Positions 1-7,036 of a DNA stretch of 10,695 bases are shown here, piece by piece. This DNA is from Promethearchaeota archaeon (GTDB lineage Archaea; Asgardarchaeota; Thorarchaeia; Thorarchaeales; Thorarchaeaceae): assembly GCA_014728035.1 (NCBI GenBank), contig WJMJ01000015.1, forward strand, positions 1 through 10,695. The letters run 5' to 3'. Numbering within the stretch: position 1 is the first letter of the stretch; the number at the start of each line of letters is the position of its first letter. The translations under genes and the position numbers were made by a program. Below the pieces are notes generated by a model. That model saw only the letters and a list, made by a program, of their open reading frames with translations. It was not told where the DNA came from and searched no databases.

Positions 1-40
1 CACGGTTCTACGAGAGGTTAGGACTTTGACTTTCGAAGAT

Positions 41-80
41 ATTAGTTGAGTCGTGTATGTATTAGTTGAGTCGTGTATGT
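41..80. repeat. Exact 20-bp tandem duplication (ATTAGTTGAGTCGTGTATGT x2)
   Basis: Bases 41-60 and 61-80 are identical; the periodicity extends over 40-82. Confidence 0.95.
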
Positions 81-93
81 ATCGGAGAATATT

Positions 94-244
94 ATGTCAT
101 TTGACAAATTTGTGATGATTACTTGTGATAAATGCGAGGAACAAATAGACACCAGACAGGAGAGAGATACGTGTCTTCGGATGGACAAACCGATCTGGTA
201 ATGATTATTGCGACAAATGTTCTCCCACCAAACGACGACGATAG
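94..244 (+). pseudogene. Small CxxC...CxxC zinc-ribbon protein split by an apparent frameshift
   Basis: GGAG at 84-87 precedes ATG94, giving MSFDKFVMITCDKCEEQID...W* (stop 199-201). The +1 frame from about 152 reads PDRREIRVFGWTNRSGNDYCDKCSPTKRRR* (TAG 242-244) and supplies the second CxxC. Confidence 0.5.
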
Positions 245-245
245 G

Positions 246-322
246 GGGTCTGTAGCTCAGTTGGTAAGAGCATGCGGCTCATAACCGCACGGTCGGGGGT
301 TCGAGTCCCTCCAGACCCACCA
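246..322 (+). tRNA. tRNA with CAT anticodon, most likely tRNA-Ile2 (lysidine type, reads AUA)
   Basis: Acceptor stem GGGTCTG/CAGACCC, discriminator A, encoded CCA at 320-322. Anticodon arm TGCGG-CTCATAA-CCGCA (CAT at 280-282); T-loop TTCGAGT. G1-C72 is paired and the anticodon stem lacks the three G-C pairs, so it is not an initiator. The acceptor stem and arm resemble bacterial Ile tRNAs. Confidence 0.93.
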
Positions 323-364
323 CTGTATTTAATATCTTATTTTTGGTGCGAGGGAGATTATTTG

Positions 365-808
365 ATGTACATGAGAATGCTGAGATGTCGTGCTGGTAGA
401 TTTCTGGAAAGGTATTGTGGTATCCATTATATCAACCGTCAACACCCATTCAAATGGCACGAAAAGGTAGCTATATGGCTTGTGGACAGGATAACACCAG
501 TAAGTATCGGTACCAATCCAGAAACGCTTCGCATCGCAGAAGATTTCAACAGCACACCTGGGAGAACCAGTACATGTAATCCACATCATTTCGGAGACAT
601 CATAGAGCCATCACTCGATACTTTGGAACAACTTGATAAACAGCATAGAATGGAAAGATGCAAAAACCTACATCATGACGGAGATGCAGAAGTGGTGTCA
701 GAAAACAACAGAAGAAAAATAGAATACAAAATTAACAAACATAAATCACAAGCCGCAGAACCAGACGAAGAATGCGATAATGTTTTTGGTGGATACAAAA
801 AATCATGA
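365..808 (+). CDS. Hypothetical protein (147 aa)
   Basis: The track start at 272 lies inside the tRNA. AGGGAG at 351-356 precedes ATG365. The stop overlaps the next ATG (ATGA). Confidence 0.7.
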   Translation: MYMRMLRCRAGRFLERYCGIHYINRQHPFKWHEKVAIWLVDRITPVSIGTNPETLRIAEDFNSTPGRTSTCNPHHFGDIIEPSLDTLEQLDKQHRMERCKNLHHDGDAEVVSENNRRKIEYKINKHKSQAAEPDEECDNVFGGYKKS

Positions 809-972
809 AGTGTGATATTTGCGGCGTGAAATTAACAGAACCAGTGGATAAGGTAATTTGGGCAGGTTATCGTGTCCTTGAACATTATGAATATGATGGA
901 AAGAGTTATTGTGTCAAATGCTTTCAAGATAAACGCCCAACAGATCCTATCTCACGTAACAAGGCCCGGTAG
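805..972 (+). CDS. Small zinc-ribbon protein (55 aa, CDIC...CVKC)
   Basis: Not in the ORF track; translated by hand as MKCDICGVKLTEPVDKVIWAGYRVLEHYEYDGKSYCVKCFQDKRPTDPISRNKAR*. It is ATGA-coupled to the upstream gene, and its last 10 nt overlap the tRNA-Leu. Confidence 0.75.
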   Translation: MKCDICGVKLTEPVDKVIWAGYRVLEHYEYDGKSYCVKCFQDKRPTDPISRNKAR

Positions 973-1040
973 CCCAATCAGGCAGAGGCAACGGCTTTAA
1001 AAGCCGTACAGTGTGGGTTCGAATCCCATCCGGGCTACCA
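963..1040 (+). tRNA. tRNA-Leu(TAA) with short variable loop
   Basis: Acceptor stem GGCCCGG/CCGGGCT, A73, CCA at 1038-1040. Anticodon arm ACGGC-TTTAAAA-GCCGT (TAA at 998-1000); variable loop ACAGT; T-arm GTGGG-TTCGAAT-CCCAT. Confidence 0.93.
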
Positions 1041-1091
1041 ACCCTGAAACTTGACCATCACAATATAATAAATTATGAAAGGAGTATTCGT

Positions 1092-1556
1092 ATGCCACTC
1101 TTAGACGTGACCTATGGTGATCCGTGCTTGGTTGAACCGGATTATGTGGAGAATCTAAAGCTAATCCAGGCTTTGAAGATCAAGATGAATGGTCGCAGGT
1201 TCAATAGAATCATCAAAACAATCGATGAGGCTGTTGATTCCATTGTGAAGCATCCAAATGGGAAGATTACTACCGATGGGCTTTCTTGGGCAAAGACCGG
1301 ATCATTATTTGGACACCAGTCGATGCAACCAAAGAAACGAGTTGATCATTTATGGTCTTCTGTTGCACGTATCACAGGATACACAAAGGAATTGCTTATG
1401 GCAGTTGGTAGCCTGTTACGATGGAGAATTGCACTCAGAGATGAGATGTGGCTTTTGTACCGCAGAGACACGGATCTGACAGATCCAGACACAAATAAAG
1501 TTGTGACTGTGAGCGAATATTGGATTACAGATAAAGATATGAGCAAATATCTATGA
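1092..1556 (+). CDS. Hypothetical protein (154 aa)
   Basis: AAGGAG at 1079-1084 precedes ATG1092 (the track start at 1011 is inside the tRNA). ATGA overlap with the next gene. Confidence 0.85.
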   Translation: MPLLDVTYGDPCLVEPDYVENLKLIQALKIKMNGRRFNRIIKTIDEAVDSIVKHPNGKITTDGLSWAKTGSLFGHQSMQPKKRVDHLWSSVARITGYTKELLMAVGSLLRWRIALRDEMWLLYRRDTDLTDPDTNKVVTVSEYWITDKDMSKYL

Positions 1557-1936
1557 TTGGAAAGAAGCTGGCATCTCATCACAACAATATGGGAATTAGC
1601 ACACATGCATTGACTAGATTTCTTGAGCATTTATGTCTAAAAGAAAGAGGAACGTCACGTGAAGAGGTGATATCCATATTTTACAATTCGAGGAGAATAT
1701 CGCACAAGGAATTGTGCAAGATGGGGTTCAAGACCGCCTTTAATTATAGGCGCAATAGGGGAAAGTACACTTGGTATTTCAGGACATCCGTGCTGGGGAA
1801 AACTTTGATATTCGTAGTTGCAGAAGACAAACACGATAATTCAAATTTGGTTATCATAACCATCCTGGCGCACAACCAACAGAGTCTTATATATCAAGAA
1901 AGAGGTAGGGAACGTATACGCAGCATGTCGTCATGA
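1553..1936 (+). CDS. DUF4258-like / BECR-fold putative ribonuclease
   Basis: The N-terminal ISTHALTRFLE helix and the C-terminal LIFVVAED...NLVIITIL strands match the S-x-HA-x-x-R...VVITV pattern of DUF4258/RelE-like folds. Confidence 0.5.
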   Translation: MIGKKLASHHNNMGISTHALTRFLEHLCLKERGTSREEVISIFYNSRRISHKELCKMGFKTAFNYRRNRGKYTWYFRTSVLGKTLIFVVAEDKHDNSNLVIITILAHNQQSLIYQERGRERIRSMSS

Positions 1937-1964
1937 TATGATAGGACTACTCCACCCCTATACA

Positions 1965-2013
1965 CCACTACCGGTAGTATGTATACGTCAACTGACACCA
2001 CAATCGGTAGTGG
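1965..2013. promoter_or_regulatory. Pair of 16-bp palindromic boxes, cassette 1
   Basis: CCACTACCGGTAGTAT (1965-1980) and CCACAATCGGTAGTGG (1998-2013), 33 bp apart. Confidence 0.8.
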
Positions 2014-2019
2014 TGTATC

Positions 2020-2036
2020 TGGCACGATAGTTGCTA
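2020..2036 (+). promoter_or_regulatory. Sigma54-type (-24/-12) promoter P1
   Basis: TGGCACG-ATAG-TTGCTA, with GG at 2021-22 and GC at 2033-34 (canonical spacing). It is intergenic and upstream of AAGGAG and ATG2081. Confidence 0.85.
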
Positions 2037-2080
2037 TATAAGATATGTAGAATTTTCTACCCCCATAAAGGAGATTACCC

Positions 2081-2710
2081 ATGGCACGAAAGACAAAAGA
2101 TCCGCTTGCAGACCTTGGCAAATTGGCAGATACCCAGAAACAGCCAGAAAAGCCCAAAAATGGCAAGAAGACAGTAAATCTCGATCCAGCACCAGTCAAA
2201 GAGATGGTTGATGCTTGGGTCACAGCAGACAGACAACTCAAGGAAGCCAAGGCGGTCAAGGAGCAAGCTGAGGGAGAAATTAAGGATTACGCAGAGCCTC
2301 GTTGGAAGGAAGAATGCCGGAAAGATGGTACAGTCAAAAAGAGCATTCATGTGGGTGTGGTCACCATCTCCTACAAAAGCGGGAGTCAGATGTACAGTAG
2401 GGCATCGCTCAACGCAGATGCACTTTGTGAAGCCCTTGGTGAAAAAGAATACGACAAGCATTTTGTGGAAAAGGAAGGGCCATTCCAACTCACGGATGCG
2501 GCAACCAACGACAGCGCTTTTGTTGCTGATCTGGTCAAGCTGGTCCAAAAACATAATGGTGCCGGATATCTGACCCGATCCAAGACAGTCGTGCCCAAGG
2601 AAACCCTCTACGACATGCGTGTGCTGGAGCCGGATAATTATGCCAAGATCGAGAAAAAGCTTCACGAAGCAGGTGTCCGGGACCAGAAACCTACTTTCTC
2701 AGCACGATAA
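2081..2710 (+). CDS. Hypothetical protein (209 aa) with N-terminal coiled coil; first gene of the P1 operon
   Basis: Strong RBS (AAGGAG); contains no ATA or TTA codons; K/E/A-rich helix DRQLKEAKAVKEQAEGEIKDY. Confidence 0.9.
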   Translation: MARKTKDPLADLGKLADTQKQPEKPKNGKKTVNLDPAPVKEMVDAWVTADRQLKEAKAVKEQAEGEIKDYAEPRWKEECRKDGTVKKSIHVGVVTISYKSGSQMYSRASLNADALCEALGEKEYDKHFVEKEGPFQLTDAATNDSAFVADLVKLVQKHNGAGYLTRSKTVVPKETLYDMRVLEPDNYAKIEKKLHEAGVRDQKPTFSAR

Positions 2711-2719
2711 GGTGGATTT

Positions 2720-2998
2720 ATGAACAGCAAGCACAGCAAGCAAAGAGCGGTTGAGGCGCAAGAAATTATCCGCGACTTTTCCAATGATATGAACCAAGAC
2801 CTCCAAACGTTCATTGAATCAATGGCAAATGAGCACAGAACAATCCAACAGGCGTTCACGAATCTGTGTTTTGAATGGATAAAAAGATGCGCCAAGATGC
2901 ACAGTGAAAAGCAATTCGACCTTCGCAATGAATATTCGGTAAAAACCTGTGCTGAAATTGTCGAAAAGGTTGATGTGGGAAGATGCCCATTCATATAG
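2720..2998 (+). CDS. Conserved phage hypothetical protein (HRTxQQ...DxRNE...PFI type, 92 aa)
   Basis: RBS AAGGTGGA. The motifs EHRTIQQAF, FDLRNEYS and terminal PFI resemble a recurring phage hypothetical family (from memory). Confidence 0.85.
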   Translation: MNSKHSKQRAVEAQEIIRDFSNDMNQDLQTFIESMANEHRTIQQAFTNLCFEWIKRCAKMHSEKQFDLRNEYSVKTCAEIVEKVDVGRCPFI

Positions 2999-3010
2999 AT
3001 TGGGGGTTCC

Positions 3011-3643
3011 ATGGATATCCGGTTTGCCGACAAGCCCACCAGATCACAGAAGATATGCTTGCCCATGTTCGACAACGGCAAGCATATCGGATTATCAAAA
3101 TTAGATGGGTGGAGATGTCGCACCACAATCTATGCTGACGGAACGATCGACTTTCTTTCTAGCTCTGGTAAACGTCTCCCAGTATCTGAAAAAGTCAGAA
3201 ACGCCGTCCGTGCCATCCGTGACGCCGGGAGAGTACCTCTCGCCAGCCAGTTAGATGGCGAATGGATGAAACGAAGACCCGATTATGATGGTCCCGAATG
3301 CATCTATCTATTTGCACCAATGGTATTGGCCGGTGAATGGGTAGGTCATCTGCCATTTAAAGAAAGATGGGAGTGGATAAATAAATTGGAATTGCCAGTT
3401 GATGATTTGTCCATCAAGAAATCGGATCACATGCCAAATGAACCATTACTATTACCAGCATCAGCAAATTGTGAGTTAACCGAATTCTTTGACATCCATA
3501 TCAACGTGCCCAGAACAGAAGGTGTTGTGATCTATAAGGCAGAGGGCAAGATGTATGGCAATCCCAGAGAACCAAAGAAAAGCAGAGATATGTACAAGAT
3601 AAAATATCGGGAAGGCCATGATGGCAGAACAAAGATTGAATAG
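3011..3643 (+). CDS. Stand-alone ATP-dependent ligase adenylation (nucleotidyltransferase) domain, no OB fold
   Basis: Motif I KLDGWR, III LDGEW, IIIa YLFA, IV EGVVI and V MYKIK are present. The protein ends 12 aa after motif V. Confidence 0.85.
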   Translation: MDIRFADKPTRSQKICLPMFDNGKHIGLSKLDGWRCRTTIYADGTIDFLSSSGKRLPVSEKVRNAVRAIRDAGRVPLASQLDGEWMKRRPDYDGPECIYLFAPMVLAGEWVGHLPFKERWEWINKLELPVDDLSIKKSDHMPNEPLLLPASANCELTEFFDIHINVPRTEGVVIYKAEGKMYGNPREPKKSRDMYKIKYREGHDGRTKIE

Positions 3644-3660
3644 CTCAGCAGGAGAAGACA

Positions 3661-4107
3661 ATGAAAAATAATTATGACAAGTTTACTTGCCCAATTTGTG
3701 GAGATAAGGTCAGTAATGCCGGTGCTGCACGCACATCCCACCTAAGAAAGCACGTTAGAGAGGGAAAAGTCAAGGAATTCAGTGATGATGGGCATCTGTA
3801 CTTCGTATCGGTAAAGGATAACGAGATAATCCGCGTGGGCGAACCGACAAAATCATCCTCTCCCCATCAATGGATGTCATTTCACACTACAATGAAATGT
3901 GACCCACGCAAACGAATCACTGCCAAATTCTGTGATGAAAATGTATTTATCGAATGCAGAAATTGTGGCAAGAGCCACAAAGCTATACCAGCTACGTTCG
4001 AGGAAAGGGACAAACACAGATTCTACAAGATTAATTGTCCTGATTGTGATTCTTTGACTCTATTTCCAACAAGATTTGTCAAGAAGACTGGTACAGTAAC
4101 CGTGTAA
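3661..4107 (+). CDS. Zinc-finger protein (N-terminal C2H2 plus C-terminal C4 ribbon)
   Basis: CPIC-x13-HLRKH near the N-terminus, then CRNC...CPDC. RBS AGGAG. Confidence 0.85.
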   Translation: MKNNYDKFTCPICGDKVSNAGAARTSHLRKHVREGKVKEFSDDGHLYFVSVKDNEIIRVGEPTKSSSPHQWMSFHTTMKCDPRKRITAKFCDENVFIECRNCGKSHKAIPATFEERDKHRFYKINCPDCDSLTLFPTRFVKKTGTVTV

Positions 4108-4173
4108 TTCCCCCCTATTCTATGCTATCGACATATATCGTGATGATAGGATTCTTTGTATCGTCGCCGCATA

Positions 4174-4221
4174 TACCCACCAGTAGTATAATTTTCAAAG
4201 ATCCCATACAACCGGTAGTAT
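4174..4221. promoter_or_regulatory. Pair of 16-bp palindromic boxes, cassette 2
   Basis: TACCCACCAGTAGTAT (4174-4189) and ATACAACCGGTAGTAT (4206-4221), 32 bp apart. Confidence 0.8.
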
Positions 4222-4227
4222 TATTGG

Positions 4228-4244
4228 TGGCACGCTAGTTGCTA
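4228..4244 (+). promoter_or_regulatory. Sigma54-type (-24/-12) promoter P2
   Basis: TGGCACG-CTAG-TTGCTA, with GG at 4229-30 and GC at 4241-42, upstream of GGGAGGA and ATG4269. Confidence 0.85.
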
Positions 4245-4268
4245 GAAAACAGAAGATGGGAGGACTCT

Positions 4269-4643
4269 ATGGGAATGTATGAAGAAAAATTGAACGAGGT
4301 TTTGCAAGAGATCAAATTCGAGTTTGGCACTGGGTTGTGGATAGAGCCACAGGGCAAAGTGCACAAACTTCCCAATGATCAAATCCATGCCAAATGGGCC
4401 AAAACGCATAATATGAATATGGACAAGATGCTCAAAGATGGGTGGGCAAGAGTGAGGGTTGTGGCTGACAGTACAATAGGCGAAAGCTACGACAAAGACC
4501 AGATCTTCAACGTTCATGAAATCGCCAAACGATATGGGACTACATACATCACATTTGTTTGGTACCGAGATAATATGCCAAAGAAATATGAGTATACTCT
4601 TGGAGATCCAGTGCCGGTTTTGGAAGACAAGGAGGACGCATGA
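4269..4643 (+). CDS. Hypothetical protein, FGTG...H..WA...GW.R family (124 aa); paralog of 8215-8676
   Basis: GGGAGGA at 4258-4264 precedes ATG4269; the track TTG start at 4239 lies inside the promoter. ATGA overlap with the AAA gene. Confidence 0.85.
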   Translation: MGMYEEKLNEVLQEIKFEFGTGLWIEPQGKVHKLPNDQIHAKWAKTHNMNMDKMLKDGWARVRVVADSTIGESYDKDQIFNVHEIAKRYGTTYITFVWYRDNMPKKYEYTLGDPVPVLEDKEDA

Positions 4644-7024
4644 ACAACTTTTTGGTGCCTTATCTGAAAGCAGGATATCCAGTTATCTACCTGCTCACTG
4701 CCGAAGAAAACAGGGCGGAATTGACAACGCTCAAGGCAGCACAGGAATGTGGCCGCAATCTGAAGATCTGGTCGCACACAGATGGGTTTTTCGGTGTAGG
4801 CGAAGACGACGATGAAGATTCCACGGAAGATCCTGTCGATGCACTTGAGGTTATCAAGGCATCCCCAGATAAGCAGATGTTTGTATTCCGTGATTTTCAT
4901 CATTTCCTCAAAGTGCCCAAGATTCAGCGTCTTGTTAGGGACATTGCCAAGAAATTCCGACAAACACAATGTTGTATGGTCATCATAAGCCCTATCAACC
5001 AAATCCCACCAGAACTGGAGAGAGAAATCACGCTGGTCGAATTTGAGTTGCCAACGAGGAAAGAAATCGAGCAGACATTCGACAACCTATATAAAGCAAA
5101 CAAGAAATCAATCGGCACAATCGACGACAGCGAAAAAGAGCGCATCATCCAAGCTGCAATGGGACTCACCACCGATGAAGCCGAGGCCGCTTTTGCTAAA
5201 GCCATTGTGGAACGGAACATGAACCAATTGGATACCCCAATATCCAAGATGGTGCTCGGAGAGAAAGCTGCAGCAGTCAGAAAGTCAGGTATTCTTGAAT
5301 ATTTTGAGGCCAAGGAAACAATGGGTGATATTGGTGGCCTTGAAAATCTCAAGAAATGGCTACAAATGAGAAGCAAGGCATTCAGCACCAAGGCACGTGA
5401 ATTTGGATTGCCAATGCCTCGCGGTATTCTACTTGCGGGGATTCCTGGTTGCGTTGCGGCGGGTACGAAAATCATATATAAAAGGGGAAAGAGGCACGGC
5501 GGTCGCACTCTCAATATTGAAGAATTATATGCAAAATTTAATAACATTAGAAAAGGATATGATGGTGGTCCTTCGTGGGATCATACAATACCAACATTTG
5601 CACAATCATGGGATCAAGAGACTGGAAGGATGATATTCGCTGAAATCAGTCATGTTTTGAAAAAGGGTGAAAAAACTTGTATTAGAATCACAACTGATGA
5701 TGCTGGTTACGTCGAGGTCACCAAAGATCATCCTATACTAATGGCAGATGGAGAATTTTGCGAGGCAAGTGATATTATTATTGGTGACAAACTTCTGGTT
5801 CGAGGTTCAATGCTACCAAAACCCAAAAAGAATAGAAAGCAAAAGAAAAAAGCAAAAAGAGCCAGCATTGATAGTCTACCAATTTGGTATAAATCTGGAT
5901 CTGTTAAAAAGGTCAATACGTCATCTGGTGTTTATGAATACAAAAGACAACGACGATCAAGGTTGGTGATCGAAGCGCACATGAATGGGTTATCTTTTGA
6001 TGAATATGTCGAGATACTTCGTAATTGTCCAAAAGAATCAGAATCTATGCGTGTTCTTGGTCCCGAATTTGATGTGCATCATATAGATGAAGATGCAATG
6101 AATGATAACATTTCCAATCTAATGGTAATGCTATCTGAAAAGCACAAAGATCTGCATCACCATCATGATGAAAGCAAATTCGATATCGAATACACCAGAG
6201 AATCTACCGTGGTCAAAATAGAAGATGTTGGCGTACACGAAACTTTTGATATCTCCATAAAAGAGCCAGGACCACACAATTTTTCTACTAGTAATGGTAT
6301 TATTTTGCATAATTGTGGAAAGAGCCTAAGTGCAAAAGCCACAAGTAATATTCTTGGTATCCCTCTTATTCGTTTTGATGTAGGACGGATTTTTGGTGGT
6401 TTGGTGGGACAGAGTGAGGAAAATATGAGATCCGCCATCCAGACAATTGAAGCAATCGGGAATTGCGTCTGCTGGGTGGACGAAATGGACAAGGCATTTG
6501 CTGGTATGGGTGGTGGTTCTACTGATGGAGGAACAAGCCAGCGTGTATTTGGTAATTTCATCACATGGATGCAGGAAAAAACAGCGCCAGTATTCATCGT
6601 TGCCACAGTAAACCGCATCGATGCTCTACCACCAGAACTATTGCGCAAGGGAAGATTTGATGAAATTTTCTTTGTTGGCCTACCATCAGATGACGAGAGG
6701 GAGGATATTCTCAAGATTCATGTCAACAAATATGGACGTGATGCCGATAAATTCAAGCTCGATGAATGTGTGAATAAATCAACGGATTTCAGTGGTGCAG
6801 AGCTTGAGGAAGCTGTGATCAGTGGTCTATACCATGCATTCTACGAGGATAGGGATCTTGAATCCAAGGATATTTTAAAAGCAATTAAGACCACCAACCC
6901 CCTTGCCAAGAGTCGATCACGCCAGCTTGAGGATATGGCAAAATGGGCAACCGGGAATGCAGTAAATGCAAGTGTGGTCAAGAAGGAAACCAAGACGAGT
7001 GCCGGAAGGCAACTGGATATCTAA
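4640..7024 (+). CDS. Ycf46-like AAA+ ATPase (794-aa precursor; 506 aa after intein removal)
   Basis: Degenerate N-terminal AAA-like domain (YPVIYLLTAEENR, FRDFH, IPPELER). Also IGGLENLKKWL, spliced Walker A GIPGCGKS, Walker B WVDEMDK and the SRH region ATVN...LPPELLRKGRFDEIFFVGLP. Confidence 0.93.
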   Translation: MNNFLVPYLKAGYPVIYLLTAEENRAELTTLKAAQECGRNLKIWSHTDGFFGVGEDDDEDSTEDPVDALEVIKASPDKQMFVFRDFHHFLKVPKIQRLVRDIAKKFRQTQCCMVIISPINQIPPELEREITLVEFELPTRKEIEQTFDNLYKANKKSIGTIDDSEKERIIQAAMGLTTDEAEAAFAKAIVERNMNQLDTPISKMVLGEKAAAVRKSGILEYFEAKETMGDIGGLENLKKWLQMRSKAFSTKAREFGLPMPRGILLAGIPGCVAAGTKIIYKRGKRHGGRTLNIEELYAKFNNIRKGYDGGPSWDHTIPTFAQSWDQETGRMIFAEISHVLKKGEKTCIRITTDDAGYVEVTKDHPILMADGEFCEASDIIIGDKLLVRGSMLPKPKKNRKQKKKAKRASIDSLPIWYKSGSVKKVNTSSGVYEYKRQRRSRLVIEAHMNGLSFDEYVEILRNCPKESESMRVLGPEFDVHHIDEDAMNDNISNLMVMLSEKHKDLHHHHDESKFDIEYTRESTVVKIEDVGVHETFDISIKEPGPHNFSTSNGIILHNCGKSLSAKATSNILGIPLIRFDVGRIFGGLVGQSEENMRSAIQTIEAIGNCVCWVDEMDKAFAGMGGGSTDGGTSQRVFGNFITWMQEKTAPVFIVATVNRIDALPPELLRKGRFDEIFFVGLPSDDEREDILKIHVNKYGRDADKFKLDECVNKSTDFSGAELEEAVISGLYHAFYEDRDLESKDILKAIKTTNPLAKSRSRQLEDMAKWATGNAVNASVVKKETKTSAGRQLDI
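5450..6313 (+). mobile_element. Intein (288 aa) with HNH-type homing endonuclease, inserted in the Walker A motif
   Basis: Starts CVAAGTKI after GIPG; block B VTKDHPIL; block F ETFDISI; ends GIILHN followed by +1 Cys (CGKS). The internal DVHHIDEDAMNDNISNL...H...HH segment is an HNH motif. Confidence 0.93.
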
Positions 7025-7036
7025 AAGGAGGACAAC

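Noticed and set aside
1-49. 3' end of an upstream gene (RFYERLGL* resembling a GNAT tail, or TVLREVRTLTFEDIS*)
   Set aside because: Too short to choose a frame or a function.
272-364. Track ORF starts at 272, 1011, 4239, 7297 and 8182
   Set aside because: They lie inside tRNAs, a promoter or upstream genes. Downstream starts with an RBS or ATGA coupling (365, 1092, 4269, 7507, 8215) fit better.
455-473. TGGCACG at 455 (and at 2082) as further sigma54 promoters
   Set aside because: They are intragenic, have no GC at the required -12 spacing and have no upstream boxes.
1051-1079. TTGACC and TATAAT as a sigma70 promoter
   Set aside because: The two elements are only 7 nt apart, and the hexamer at 17-nt spacing (TATGAA) is poor.
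1938-4151. ATGATAGGA upstream of box A in P1 (1938) and P2 (4143)
   Set aside because: The spacing to box A differs (27 versus 31) and there is no clear copy at P3, so it may be chance.
1965-4221. The palindromic boxes as CRISPR repeats or transposon ends
   Set aside because: There are only two degenerate copies per locus with 16-17 nt gaps and no cas or transposase gene. Their fixed phase to promoters fits operator sites better.
6155-6166. His run (LHHHHDE) as a tag or metal-binding repeat
   Set aside because: It is explained by the terminal helix of the HNH motif.
4640-7024. The AAA ATPase as the sigma54 activator (bEBP)
   Set aside because: It has no GAFTGA loop or HTH, and its motifs are those of the classic-clade Ycf46 type.
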